A stretch of 64,000 nucleotides of DNA, from NCBI GenBank assembly GCA_017553205.1, contig JAFZMV010000021.1, positions 6,571-70,570 of the forward strand. Reading direction: 5' to 3'. The first letter of the stretch is position 1. Each line of letters begins with the position of its first letter. The position numbers were made by a program, and so were the translations under genes. The notes below the pieces were generated by a model. It was not told the DNA's origin and did not search any database. It worked only from the letters and a program-made list of their open reading frames with translations. This DNA comes from Selenomonadaceae bacterium. Lineage in GTDB: Bacteria > Bacillota > Negativicutes > Selenomonadales > Selenomonadaceae. Positions 36,795 to 46,934 of this stretch are shown piece after piece.

Positions 36795-36819
36795 GGTTTA
36801 ATGAATCAGAATCCGTTAT

Positions 36820-37809
36820 TTAAAAATTTTTAGTAATTTCAAGTGCTTTTCCCGTACCGAGAGCAACACAACTCAAAGGATCGTCAGCAACGGAAGTCGG
36901 AATATCTGTTTCACGTCTGATAAGTTCATCAAGACCGTAAAGCATTGCACCGCCACCCGTCAAAACAATTCCTCTGTCAATAATATCCGCCGCAAGTTCG
37001 GGAGGAGTTCCTTCTAAAACTTTTTTCACGCAGGAAACAATTTTGCCGACAGATTCTTGAAGTGCATCGGCGACTTGATTTGAATTTATCTGAATATTTT
37101 TCGGAAGTCCGGAAACAACATCACGTCCGCGAACGTCCATTGTTAAATTTCTTGCTCCCGCATAAGCCGCACCGACTGTAACTTTGATATTTTCAGAAGT
37201 TCTTTCACCAATCATCAAATTATAGTGGCTCTTAATATAAGCCTCAATATCAGAATCAAATTTATTTCCCGCAACTCTGAGGCTGTCACCGTAAACAATT
37301 CCGCCGAGAGAAATTACTGCAACGTCACATGTTCCTCCGCCAATATCTACAACCATCGAACCGACAGGTTCAGAAATATCAATTCCTGCTCCAAGTGCAG
37401 CGGCAATCGGTTCTTCAATGAGTTCAGCTTTTTTTGCTCCTGCCTGTTCAGCCGCCTCTTGTACCGCTCTTTTTTCCACAACGGTTACGCCGGTAGGAAT
37501 ACAAATCATGACATAAGGTCCGAACAAAAAAGATCTGCCGACAACTTTTTCCAAAAAATGCCTAATCATTGATTCCGTCATGTCATAATCAGCAATAACT
37601 CCGTCACGAAGCGGACGAATCGCAACAATATTTCCCGGAGTACGTCCGATCATTTGTTTTGCTTCTTCGCCTATAGCCAAAACATTATTTGTATCTCTAT
37701 CAACTGCAACTACTGAAGGTTCACGAAGAACAATTCCTTTTCCCTTTACAAAAACCAAAACATTTGCCGTCCCTAAATCTATACCTACACTGGTTGACAC
37801 ACCAAACAA
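36820..37809 (-). CDS. mreB: Rod-shape-determining actin homolog MreB
   Basis: GIDLGTANVLVF..., DIGGGTCDVAVISLGG, VLTGGGAML. Start placed at TTG 37809 (AAGGAG 9 nt upstream), giving the usual MFG.. N-terminus. The ORF-track start is probably too long. Confidence 0.93.
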   Translation of the reverse strand: MFGVSTSVGIDLGTANVLVFVKGKGIVLREPSVVAVDRDTNNVLAIGEEAKQMIGRTPGNIVAIRPLRDGVIADYDMTESMIRHFLEKVVGRSFLFGPYVMICIPTGVTVVEKRAVQEAAEQAGAKKAELIEEPIAAALGAGIDISEPVGSMVVDIGGGTCDVAVISLGGIVYGDSLRVAGNKFDSDIEAYIKSHYNLMIGERTSENIKVTVGAAYAGARNLTMDVRGRDVVSGLPKNIQINSNQVADALQESVGKIVSCVKKVLEGTPPELAADIIDRGIVLTGGGAMLYGLDELIRRETDIPTSVADDPLSCVALGTGKALEITKNF

Positions 37810-37910
37810 ATTAAAAAACTCCTTTCGCATAAAAAACACCGCGAATTTTAACACGCTTTTTTTTTGTTTACAAGTACAGATTGACACTCTCCCGCGTGCG
37901 TTTCATAAAT

Positions 37911-38313
37911 TTTATAGCGGTTTTCATAAATAAAAACACAAAAAATGGTATAACAAACCAAGCAAAATTCCAGTTGAGAGAAAAATGTGAAATATGAGTA
38001 AAAAAATCTTGACCAAAAACGAAAGAGAGCGACTAGTTGACGCGTATACAAGTATGGGAAAAGCAAAGATAATAGCAAAAGCGTACGGAGTGTCAGCACA
38101 AAAGGTATTCCGATTGGTAGCACAGAAAAAAAGAACCGGCTCGCTGGAACTTGAACTTCATAAGCCCAAAATAAGCGAAGAAGATTTATAAAGAACGGCA
38201 GAACTTATAATCGAAGAACCCGACATAACTTTGCAAGAAATAATCGATAGATTAAATCTTTATTGTAAAGTTCCGTCGGGGTTACTGATATTATTTTTTC
38301 AAACCGCTATAAA
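37911..38313 (+). mobile_element. Internally deleted IS630/Tc1-family element remnant with terminal inverted repeats
   Basis: TIRs tttatagcggttt (37911-37923) and aaaccgctataaa (38301-38313). They enclose a transposase N-terminal HTH fragment. TA dinucleotides sit at both ends. Confidence 0.65.
37994..38260 (+). pseudogene. IS630-family transposase, N-terminal HTH fragment with in-frame stop and 3' truncation
   Basis: MSKKILTKNERERLVDAYTSMGKAKIIAKAYGVSAQKVFRLVAQKKRTGSLE..., in-frame TAA at 38189, then ..AELIIEEPDITLQEIIDRLNL in the same frame. The DDE domain is absent. Confidence 0.65.
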
Positions 38314-39504
38314 TTAACAGGTTCTAAAAGCAGAATTTAAAATTTTTCTGACTTCTCCAATTAAATAGAGAGAACCCGCAACAATTTTCACACCGTCGAA
38401 ATTTTTTATTTTTTCCACAGCGTCAAAAATATTTTCTGCTCCGATACATTCAACTCCAAAATTTTTTAATTTACCGCAAATATTTTCTACACTTTCTGCA
38501 CGTTCTGAAATCGGTTCAGTAACAATAACAAAATCTTCTGCACGAAACAAATTTTTTATAATCCCGTCAATATTTTTGTCGGCGAGTGCTCCAAAAATAA
38601 AAATTCTTCGACCGTCAGGAAATTTTTTATCAAGACTTTTACGAAGTGCCGCCGCTCCATGCGGGTTGTGTGCTCCGTCGATAATTATTTTTCCGAAATT
38701 TGTTTCAACAGTTTCAAAACGTCCCGCCCAGTGAACTTTTTTTAAAGCGGAAAAAATTTTTTCGTCAGGAATTTTTAAAAATTTCGCCGTTTGAATTGCG
38801 ACAGCAGAATTTATTTTTTGATATTCTCCCTGTAAATTCGTTTCAACCTCAACAGGTTTATCGACGATATACAGCGGAGAATTATTTTTTTTCGCAACTT
38901 CTTGAATAATTTTCAGCGGTTCACCTGTTGCGGCAGTAACGACAGGAACATTTTTTTTGATAATCCCCGCTTTATTTCTTGCGATACTTTTTAAATCTCC
39001 CAAAATATTTTCATGATCCAGAGCAACATTTGTTATTACAGAAATTTTCGGAGTAATAATATTTGTTGAATCCCAAGTCCCGCCGAGTCCAGTTTCAATA
39101 ACTGCAAAATCAACTTCACTTTTTGCGAAATATGCAAAAGCTGCCGCCGTCAAAACTTCAAAATGTGTCGCAGGAATTTCAAAATTTTGTATCAATGAAA
39201 GAATTTCTGCAAATTCAGATTCAGAAATATTTTCTCCGTTGACTTTGATTCTTTCGCAGTAACTTTCTAAATGCGGAGAAGTGAACAGCCCGACTTTAAA
39301 ACCTGCCGTCTGTAAAATTTCGGAAAGCATTGCACAAACCGAACCTTTGCCATTTGTCCCCGCAACATGAATTGATTCAAAATAATTCTGCGGGTTTCCA
39401 AGTTCTTTTGAAAGTAAATTTATTCTTTCAAGTCCAGCCTTTATTCCGAAAATACATCTTTCTTCAAGATATTTTAAAGCGTCGTCATAATTTTTAATTT
39501 CCAT
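38314..39504 (-). CDS. folC: Folylpolyglutamate synthase / dihydrofolate synthase
   Basis: P-loop HVAGTNGKGSV and Mur-ligase-family pattern. Start at ATG 39504 after AAGGAAG. Confidence 0.88.
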   Translation of the reverse strand: MEIKNYDDALKYLEERCIFGIKAGLERINLLSKELGNPQNYFESIHVAGTNGKGSVCAMLSEILQTAGFKVGLFTSPHLESYCERIKVNGENISESEFAEILSLIQNFEIPATHFEVLTAAAFAYFAKSEVDFAVIETGLGGTWDSTNIITPKISVITNVALDHENILGDLKSIARNKAGIIKKNVPVVTAATGEPLKIIQEVAKKNNSPLYIVDKPVEVETNLQGEYQKINSAVAIQTAKFLKIPDEKIFSALKKVHWAGRFETVETNFGKIIIDGAHNPHGAAALRKSLDKKFPDGRRIFIFGALADKNIDGIIKNLFRAEDFVIVTEPISERAESVENICGKLKNFGVECIGAENIFDAVEKIKNFDGVKIVAGSLYLIGEVRKILNSAFRTC

Positions 39505-39531
39505 GAAAAATTCTTCCTTCAAAATAAAATT

Positions 39532-42500
39532 TTAAAATCCCATAAACAAACTTATTTGATCTGTTTCGTCCAAATCATTTAAACAGCCGTGTTCTTTTAA
39601 TACGGCGATACTTGTTTTATTTATTCCCGATTTATTTTGTAAATCTTCAATGGAAGTAAATTTTCCTGATTTTCTGGCTTCCTCAATTCCTTTTGCCGCA
39701 ACTTGTCCCACTCCGTCCAATGACGCAAGCGGAGGAAGTAAAGAATTTTCCAAAACAATAAATCTTTCTGCGTCCGATTTATACAAATCTACATGTTCAA
39801 TTCCAAATCCGCGTGAAAACATTTCTTTTGCAAGTTCAAAAACTGCAAGTTTTCCGCTTTCTTTTAAATCAAGTTTTCTTTCGTTGGAAAGATTTTCTAA
39901 TTTTTTTATCTGCGAATCAACATAACTTTCACCTTTAACAATTTCATTCGCGTCAAATTCATCTGCACGAATTGAAAAATATGCCGCATAATATGCCAAA
40001 GGATAATGAACTTTGCAATATGCAATTCGATAAGCCATCATAACATAAGCCGTTGCATGAGCTCTCGGAAATAAATATTTTATTTTTTGACAAGAATCAA
40101 TATACCAGTCGGGAACTTTATGAGATTTTAAATCCTCCACAAATTCTTCAGAAATTCCTTTTCCCTTACGAACATTTTCCATAATTTTAAAACTTTTTAA
40201 TTCGTCAATACCATTATGAATTAAATACATCATAATATCATCACGTGCAGAAATTGCGTCTTTTAATGTGCAGTGACCTGCTTTAATTAAATCTTGAGCA
40301 TTTCCAAGCCAAACATCTGTTCCATGAGAAAATCCGGAAATTCTTACCAAATCACTAAAACATTTAGGATTTGTGTCTGCAATCATTTGTCGAGTAAAAG
40401 ACGTGCGAAATTCCGGAATTCCAATCGCATCTTTCGGATTGAAAATTTTCATCGTCGGTTTATCGTCAAGAGGAATTGTTTGCGGATCTCTGTGAGTAAT
40501 TTTTTCCAACATTTTTATAACTGTCGGATCATCGTGACCAAGAATATCTAATTTTACTAAACGTGAACTTATTGAATGATAATCAAAATGCGTCGTAATT
40601 GTTTCAGAATTTTTATCGTCGGCAGGGTGTTGAATCGGAGTAAAATAATGAATATCCATATTACGGGGAACAACCATAATTCCTGCGGGGTGTTGTCCCG
40701 TTGTTTTTTTTACTCCCTGACAACCTTCAGAAATTTTTGCAATATATGAGCCGTGTTTTTTTATATTTTTTTCTTCAAAAAATTTTTTTACCAAACCGAA
40801 AGCAGTTTTTTCTGCAACTGTTGTGATTGTTCCGGCTCTGTAAACATTATGACGACCAAATAAAATTTCTGTGTATTTGTGTGCAGTCGGTTGATATTCT
40901 CCCGAAAAATTTAAATCAATATCTGGAACTTTATCGCCGTCAAATCCCAAAAAAACTGCAAACGGAATGTCATGCCCGTCTTTTGTCAAAGGATAACCGC
41001 AAACAGGACAATTTTTATTTTCTAAATCATATCCGCAACCAACTTCACCATGCGTAAAAAATTTGCTGTAATTACATTTTTTGCAACGATAATGTGGCGG
41101 AAGAGGATTTACTTCTGTAATTCCTGTCATTGTTGCTACAAAACTTGAGCCGACACTTCCACGACTTCCGACTAAATATCCGTCGTCGTTAGATTTTTTT
41201 ACAAGTCTTTGAGCAATTAAATACAAACTTGAAAATCCATGCTGAATTATCGGTTTTAATTCTTGTTCAAGTCTGTCCTCAACAATTTTCGGCAAATTTT
41301 CTCCGTAAATATATTTTGCTTTTTTGTAGGACATTTCTCTAATTTCTTCATCTGCTCCCGGCATTGAAGGAGAATATAAAGCTTCGGGAATCGGTTTTAA
41401 AAATTCAATTTCATCAGAAATTTTATTCGGATTCGTGACAACTGCATCGTAAGCAGTTTTTTCGTCAAGATATGAAAATTCTTGCAACATTTCGTCAGTC
41501 GTCCGCAAAAATAACGGCGGCTGATTTTCTGCGTCCTCAAATCCTTTTCCGTACATCAAAATTGCTCTGTAAATTGAATCTTTCGGATTTAAAAAATGTG
41601 CGTCACAAGTTGCGACGAGAGGTTTGTTTAATTTTTTTGCAAGTTCGGCAACTTTTTTATTTATGTTAATCAAATCTTCGTCAGTTTTTACATTCGGAAA
41701 ATCTTCACTTTTTTTTAAAAAATCATTGTTATGAATCGGCTGAATTTCCAAATAATCATAAAAATTTGCAATTTCTTCAATTTTTTTCTCAGGTTTTTCT
41801 TCGACGATTGCCCGAATAAGTTCGCCCGCCTCACAAGCCGAACCGATTATTAAACCTTCACGAAATTCTTTTAAAACTTCTTTCGGGATTCTCGGAGTGC
41901 GATTATAAAATCTAAGCTGACTCATTGAAACAAGTTGATATAAATTTTTTAAACCGACTTTATTTTTCGCAAGTAAAATTATGTGGTAAGCCGGCAAATA
42001 TTTTTTGTCTTTCGCAATTTTTCCGTTGAAAAAATTTTTTAAATCAAAAAATTCTTCTTCATCGCTCTTAATTCCCAATTCTTCGTTTTCAAGTTCCAAA
42101 TAACCCTCCATTCCGTAAATAATTTTTATTTCTTTTCCTTTTTTCTTCAATTTTTCTGCAGTTTTTGCGGCTTCCGGAAATGCCTGAACAACTCCATGAT
42201 CCGTTATCGCAATAGATTTCCAATTCCAATTTGCGGCGGTGGTGACTAATTTTTCAGCAGAAATTACAGCGTCCATCATGCTCATCGTCGTATGAACATG
42301 AAGTTCAGTTCTTTTAATTTTTGCGTCGTCGGTTCGCTCGTCGGAAATTTTTATTTCTTCAATGCTGTCAATCAAAAAAATATTTTCTTTCAAATATTCG
42401 TCGTACTTGACGACACCAGAAATTTTCAAATTCATTCCGGATTTTAAATTTTCCGCCAAATTTTTTGCTTTGTCGATTGATTCTTTTCGGAAAAGTTTTT

Positions 42501-43011
42501 TGCAAATAATTCCTTCGGTTGCGTCAACAAGACTGAAAGTCACAGAACCCGAACCGGTTTTAAATTCGCGAAAAGTCACGCCGTTTTTATCGCCGCTGCC
42601 GATTTCTCCGCAAATTACAGATTTTTTATCAAGTTTCAAATTCATAATTTCGGTAACAGGCTCGGTAATTTTTTTCCCGAAAATTTTATCGCCCTTCAAA
42701 TCATCGAAGTTAGAAATTTTTTGAACAGGCGAAACAAATTTTTGAGGTGTCGGAGAAATTTTAGTTTCTGCTTGAGGAATAACATCAACAAAAATTTTTG
42801 CATTGACGGAAAATTTTTGCGACAAAAAATTTGACAAATTTTTAATTTCGACAGGTGAAGGAGATTTTAATTTAATTTCCCAGCAATTTATTTCGGGAAT
42901 GATGATAACATCTTGAAGAGAGCAGTTTTTAAAATTTTCTGCTGCTGAAAAATCTTTAATAATCTCGTGAAAAATATTTTTGTCTTTCAAAATCAATTTG
43001 TAACGTTTCAT
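39532..43011 (-). CDS. polC: PolC-type DNA polymerase III alpha subunit lacking the internal 3'-5' exonuclease domain
   Basis: OB domain; PHP (TELHVHTTMSMMDAV..AITDHGVVQAF); PolC Zn module (YRCKKCNYSKFF..NCPVCG); GSRGSVGSSFVA; PDIDLNF; C-terminal HhH. Between ..IIYGMEGYLE and AYHIILLAKNKVGLKNL there are only about 35 aa where B. subtilis PolC carries the DEDDh domain. Confidence 0.85.
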   Translation of the reverse strand: MKRYKLILKDKNIFHEIIKDFSAAENFKNCSLQDVIIIPEINCWEIKLKSPSPVEIKNLSNFLSQKFSVNAKIFVDVIPQAETKISPTPQKFVSPVQKISNFDDLKGDKIFGKKITEPVTEIMNLKLDKKSVICGEIGSGDKNGVTFREFKTGSGSVTFSLVDATEGIICKKLFRKESIDKAKNLAENLKSGMNLKISGVVKYDEYLKENIFLIDSIEEIKISDERTDDAKIKRTELHVHTTMSMMDAVISAEKLVTTAANWNWKSIAITDHGVVQAFPEAAKTAEKLKKKGKEIKIIYGMEGYLELENEELGIKSDEEEFFDLKNFFNGKIAKDKKYLPAYHIILLAKNKVGLKNLYQLVSMSQLRFYNRTPRIPKEVLKEFREGLIIGSACEAGELIRAIVEEKPEKKIEEIANFYDYLEIQPIHNNDFLKKSEDFPNVKTDEDLININKKVAELAKKLNKPLVATCDAHFLNPKDSIYRAILMYGKGFEDAENQPPLFLRTTDEMLQEFSYLDEKTAYDAVVTNPNKISDEIEFLKPIPEALYSPSMPGADEEIREMSYKKAKYIYGENLPKIVEDRLEQELKPIIQHGFSSLYLIAQRLVKKSNDDGYLVGSRGSVGSSFVATMTGITEVNPLPPHYRCKKCNYSKFFTHGEVGCGYDLENKNCPVCGYPLTKDGHDIPFAVFLGFDGDKVPDIDLNFSGEYQPTAHKYTEILFGRHNVYRAGTITTVAEKTAFGLVKKFFEEKNIKKHGSYIAKISEGCQGVKKTTGQHPAGIMVVPRNMDIHYFTPIQHPADDKNSETITTHFDYHSISSRLVKLDILGHDDPTVIKMLEKITHRDPQTIPLDDKPTMKIFNPKDAIGIPEFRTSFTRQMIADTNPKCFSDLVRISGFSHGTDVWLGNAQDLIKAGHCTLKDAISARDDIMMYLIHNGIDELKSFKIMENVRKGKGISEEFVEDLKSHKVPDWYIDSCQKIKYLFPRAHATAYVMMAYRIAYCKVHYPLAYYAAYFSIRADEFDANEIVKGESYVDSQIKKLENLSNERKLDLKESGKLAVFELAKEMFSRGFGIEHVDLYKSDAERFIVLENSLLPPLASLDGVGQVAAKGIEEARKSGKFTSIEDLQNKSGINKTSIAVLKEHGCLNDLDETDQISLFMGF

Positions 43012-43042
43012 AAAAAAAAATCCTCCGAAAATTTTTTGATGA

Positions 43043-43053
43043 ATTATAACACA
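43043..43053 (-). promoter_or_regulatory. Extended -10 promoter element (TGTGTTATAAT) upstream of polC
   Basis: Reverse complement of attataacaca, about 30 nt upstream of the polC ATG. Confidence 0.5.
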
Positions 43054-43111
43054 AAAAATTTCTCCGAGAAAATTTTAAAAATTTTTGAGCAAAAAAATTT
43101 TTCTCACCGTT

Positions 43112-43150
43112 AAATAAAAAAATCTTCGATAAATTTTTCATCGGAGATAA
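43112..43150 (-). terminator. Terminator hairpin after azlC (near-identical copy of the one at 48569-48604)
   Basis: Minus strand: atctccgatgaaaaatttatcgaagatttttttattt. Confidence 0.65.
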
Positions 43151-43163
43151 TTTTTTTGCGACT

Positions 43164-43877
43164 CTATTTTCTATTAGAATTTTCTTTAACAGGTTTTATA
43201 ATTGCCGCCGCTCCCGCAATTAAAATTGTCAAAATTATTGTCCGAGTTCCCGCAGTAATGTAGCTGAAAAAATATTCCGCCAGAAAACTCATCGCAAAAC
43301 TTATCATGACGACCGACAAAATAATTTTATCCTGTCTTGCGGGAGGAATTATTATCGCCAAAAACATTCCGTAAAGTGCCACACTCAACGCACTGACAAC
43401 AGAAACAGGCAAAATATTTCCCGCAATAATTCCCAGAGCAGTTCCGACAGACCAGCCGGGCAATGCAGGAATCATCGCACCGTAATTATAAAAAGGATTC
43501 AGCCAGCCTTTTCTTGCTACTGTTATTCCAAAAATCTCGTCAGTCACATCAAAGCCGACAAAAATTCTGTGATAAAACGGAGTGTCTTTTGAAAATTTTT
43601 GACTCATAACTGCACTCATCAACAAATATCTTGCATTAGCTACTAAAGTTATTATTGCAATTTCCAAATAAGGAGCGTCCGCCGCAATTACTGTGAAGCC
43701 CGCATATTCTCCCGCCGATGCATTATTTAAAAGACTTGCAAAAAATCCTTGAAGAGGATTTAATCCCGCATGTTTCGCCGTTATTCCCAAAGTAAAACTC
43801 ACGACAAAATATCCGAGTCCGATTGGAATTCCGTCGCGTATTCCGTCCATGAGTGCTTGTCTGTTTAATGTTGTCAT
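43164..43877 (-). CDS. azlC: AzlC-family branched-chain amino acid exporter subunit
   Basis: GIPIGLGYFVVSFTLGI..LNNASAGEYAG.. AzlC pattern. No azlD-like ORF follows. Confidence 0.8.
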   Translation of the reverse strand: MTTLNRQALMDGIRDGIPIGLGYFVVSFTLGITAKHAGLNPLQGFFASLLNNASAGEYAGFTVIAADAPYLEIAIITLVANARYLLMSAVMSQKFSKDTPFYHRIFVGFDVTDEIFGITVARKGWLNPFYNYGAMIPALPGWSVGTALGIIAGNILPVSVVSALSVALYGMFLAIIIPPARQDKIILSVVMISFAMSFLAEYFFSYITAGTRTIILTILIAGAAAIIKPVKENSNRK

Positions 43878-43878
43878 T

Positions 43879-44763
43879 TTAATATTTACCGCCTGCCGAT
43901 TTTTTTATTTTTTCGTGGAAAAAGAAATTAACTATTGTAGGCGGCGAAGAATAATTTTTTTGTAAGTCGTCGCGATTGTAAACATATTCCAAATTATTTT
44001 TTTCCGCGTAATTTTTAATTTTTTTATCCAGTTCAATCCAATACGAAATATTTTTCCGCTGATAAATTTCTTGGTAAAGTTTTTCATGTCGCGGAAAATT
44101 ATTTTTTATGTAGTTTAAAATCTTCGGCTTATAATCTCCGCGAAGATTTAAATTTTCCAGCCAAATTAAATTACAAAAATTTTTCACCGCGTCAATAATT
44201 TTTTCAACGTCAGTAATTTCAGGAAAAATCGGCGAAATAAAACAAGTCGTAGAAATTTTTTCTTCGTGAAGTTTTTTCATCGCAACAATTCTCCGAGAAA
44301 TTGAAACTGCATTATCCATATCATTTTTAAAATTTTCGTCAAGTGTGTTAATGCTGAAACCGACGCGAATATTTTTAAAATTTTTTATCAAATCCAAGTC
44401 ACGCAGAATTAAATCAGATTTCGTTTGCAAACTCAAATTTATGTCAACGCCTTGAATTTCTTCCAAAAAAGTTTTTGTCCGCTGAAAAATTTCTTCCTGC
44501 GGATTATAAGGATCGGTGACCGAACTCATGAAAAAAGATTTTCCCGAATATTTTTGAGGATTTTTTATTTTCTCCCAAATTTTGACATCAAGAAAAGTTC
44601 CCCACTCCTCAAGATGATTGGAAAATTTTTTCATGAAACAAGCATAACAATATTTGCAGGAATGAGTGCAGCCCACATAAGGATTAACAGAATAATCACA
44701 GACTGGCAAATTTGATTTTGAAATTATACTTTTCACCAAAATTTTTTTTATTAAAGGATTCAC
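43879..44763 (-). CDS. Radical SAM protein, SplB/Rv2578c-like (COG1533-type) family
   Basis: NPYVGCTHSCKYCYA CxxxCxxC motif near the N-terminus; about 290 aa. Confidence 0.7.
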   Translation of the reverse strand: MNPLIKKILVKSIISKSNLPVCDYSVNPYVGCTHSCKYCYACFMKKFSNHLEEWGTFLDVKIWEKIKNPQKYSGKSFFMSSVTDPYNPQEEIFQRTKTFLEEIQGVDINLSLQTKSDLILRDLDLIKNFKNIRVGFSINTLDENFKNDMDNAVSISRRIVAMKKLHEEKISTTCFISPIFPEITDVEKIIDAVKNFCNLIWLENLNLRGDYKPKILNYIKNNFPRHEKLYQEIYQRKNISYWIELDKKIKNYAEKNNLEYVYNRDDLQKNYSSPPTIVNFFFHEKIKKSAGGKY

Positions 44764-44877
44764 TTTTAATTTTTCACCTCGTATAATTGAGAAAAAATTT
44801 TTGATTGAATTTACGAATTTATTATAACATTTTTTCTTGTGTTGATGAAAAATATTAAAGGAGTCATCGAAATTTTT

Positions 44878-46863
44878 ATGACGGAAAAAAAATTTAAAGT
44901 TGTTTCACCTTTCAAGCCGACGGGAGATCAGCCTCAAGCGATTGAAAATTTGGCGGAAGGAATTGAGGACGGACTTTCTGCACAAGTTTTACTTGGTGCA
45001 ACAGGTACGGGAAAAACTTATACAATCGCAAAAGTTATTGAAAAAATTCAGTTGCCGACTTTGGTTATTGCTCATAATAAAACTTTGGCGGCTCAACTTG
45101 CAAGCGAGTTCAAAACTTTTTTTCCTGAAAATTATGTCGGATATTTTGTCAGCTATTATGATTATTATCAGCCTGAAGCATATCTTCCCGCGACGGATAC
45201 TTACATTGAAAAAGATGCGTCGATAAATGATGAGATAGATCAAATGCGACACTCTGCGACGTGCAGTTTGTTTGAAAGAAATGACGTGATAATTGTTGCC
45301 AGTGTTTCATGCATTTATGGTCTTGGTTCTCCCGAAAATTATTTTAAACTTGTTCTGCATGTTTATAAAAGACAAATTATTTCCCGCGAAGAAATTTTGA
45401 AAAGACTTGTCGCCATTCGCTATGAAAGAAACGATATTATTATTGAGCGTGGAAAATTTCGAGTTCGCGGAGATGTTATCGAAGTCACTCCAGCAGGTTA
45501 TAACGGACGGGCTTTGAGAATTGAACTTTTCGGCGATGAAGTTGAAAAAATTTCTGAATTTGAAATTTTGACTGGAAAAATTTTGGGCGTGCGGGACGAG
45601 ATTTTTATTTTTCCCGCGTCGCATTATATTGCGGACGTTGACGACTTAAACCGTGCAGAAAAAAATATTCGTGCGGAACTTCGAGAGCAAATAAATTTTT
45701 TCACGGAAAATAAAAAACTTATCGAGGCTCAACGAATTGAACAGCGAACAAATTTTGATTTAGAAATGATACGAGAGATGGGCTACTGTTCGGGAATTGA
45801 AAATTATTCAAGGCATTTGACAGGAAGAAATGCGGGAGAACCTCCGTATACTTTGATAGATTATTTTCCGAAAAATTTTTTGACGGTGATTGATGAATCA
45901 CACGTTACACTTCCTCAACTTCGTGCAATGTATAACGGAGATCAGTCAAGAAAATCTGTTTTGATTGATAACGGGTTCCGTCTTCCGAGTGCAAAAGATA
46001 ACCGCCCGCTGACTTTTGACGAATTTAACGAAAAAATTTCACAAATAATTTATGTTTCGGCAACTCCCGCACCTTACGAAATTTCACAAGCCGGAAAAGT
46101 TGTAGAGCAGATTATCAGACCGACAGGGCTTTTAGATCCTGTTGTCGAAGTTCGTCCGATAAAAAATCAGATTGATGATTTAATTTCTGAAATTCATGAG
46201 CGGGTAAAAGTTCATGAAAGAATTTTGATAACGACGCTGACAAAAAAATTTGCAGAAGAATTAACAGAATATTTGACAAGTTCAGGAATTAGCGTAAAAT
46301 ATCTTCATTCGGACATCGTTACTATTGAGCGTGCTGAAATTATTCATGACTTACGTGTCGGAAAATTCGACGTGCTTGTCGGAATAAATCTTTTAAGAGA
46401 GGGGTTGGATATTCCCGAAGTTTCTTTGATAGCGATTTTGGACGCGGATAAGGAGGGATTTTTGAGATCGGAAACTTCACTGATTCAAACAATAGGACGT
46501 GCGGCAAGAAATGTTCATGGAAAAGTAATTTTGTACGCCGAAAAAATTACCGATTCCATGAAAAATGCAATGGCGGAAACTGAACGACGCAGGAAAATTC
46601 AGCAGAAGTACAATTCAGAAAATCATATAACACCTAAAACAATCGAAAAACCTGTTGTGCCGTTAATAGAACTGCCGTTGAAAAAAAATGAACGAAACAA
46701 AAATAAAACTGCGGGTGAACTTCTTAAAAAATTGACGGCATCACAAAGAAAAAATTTAGTCAAAAGTTTGACCGCACAAATGCACGAAGCATCAAAAAAC
46801 TTGGAATTTGAAAGAGCGGCTGAACTTCGTGACATTATTTTAAAGTTGGAAGATAACCTTTAA
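44878..46863 (+). CDS. uvrB: Excinuclease ABC subunit B
   Basis: [23 protein letters not shown], beta-hairpin region, C-terminal UVR motif ([11 protein letters not shown]). Confidence 0.95.
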   Translation: MTEKKFKVVSPFKPTGDQPQAIENLAEGIEDGLSAQVLLGATGTGKTYTIAKVIEKIQLPTLVIAHNKTLAAQLASEFKTFFPENYVGYFVSYYDYYQPEAYLPATDTYIEKDASINDEIDQMRHSATCSLFERNDVIIVASVSCIYGLGSPENYFKLVLHVYKRQIISREEILKRLVAIRYERNDIIIERGKFRVRGDVIEVTPAGYNGRALRIELFGDEVEKISEFEILTGKILGVRDEIFIFPASHYIADVDDLNRAEKNIRAELREQINFFTENKKLIEAQRIEQRTNFDLEMIREMGYCSGIENYSRHLTGRNAGEPPYTLIDYFPKNFLTVIDESHVTLPQLRAMYNGDQSRKSVLIDNGFRLPSAKDNRPLTFDEFNEKISQIIYVSATPAPYEISQAGKVVEQIIRPTGLLDPVVEVRPIKNQIDDLISEIHERVKVHERILITTLTKKFAEELTEYLTSSGISVKYLHSDIVTIERAEIIHDLRVGKFDVLVGINLLREGLDIPEVSLIAILDADKEGFLRSETSLIQTIGRAARNVHGKVILYAEKITDSMKNAMAETERRRKIQQKYNSENHITPKTIEKPVVPLIELPLKKNERNKNKTAGELLKKLTASQRKNLVKSLTAQMHEASKNLEFERAAELRDIILKLEDNL

Positions 46864-46934
46864 AATTTGAAATTAAAAAATATTCCTTTTACATGAAGCA
46901 AAGTAAACGATTAATTTAAAGGAGAGATTTTTAC

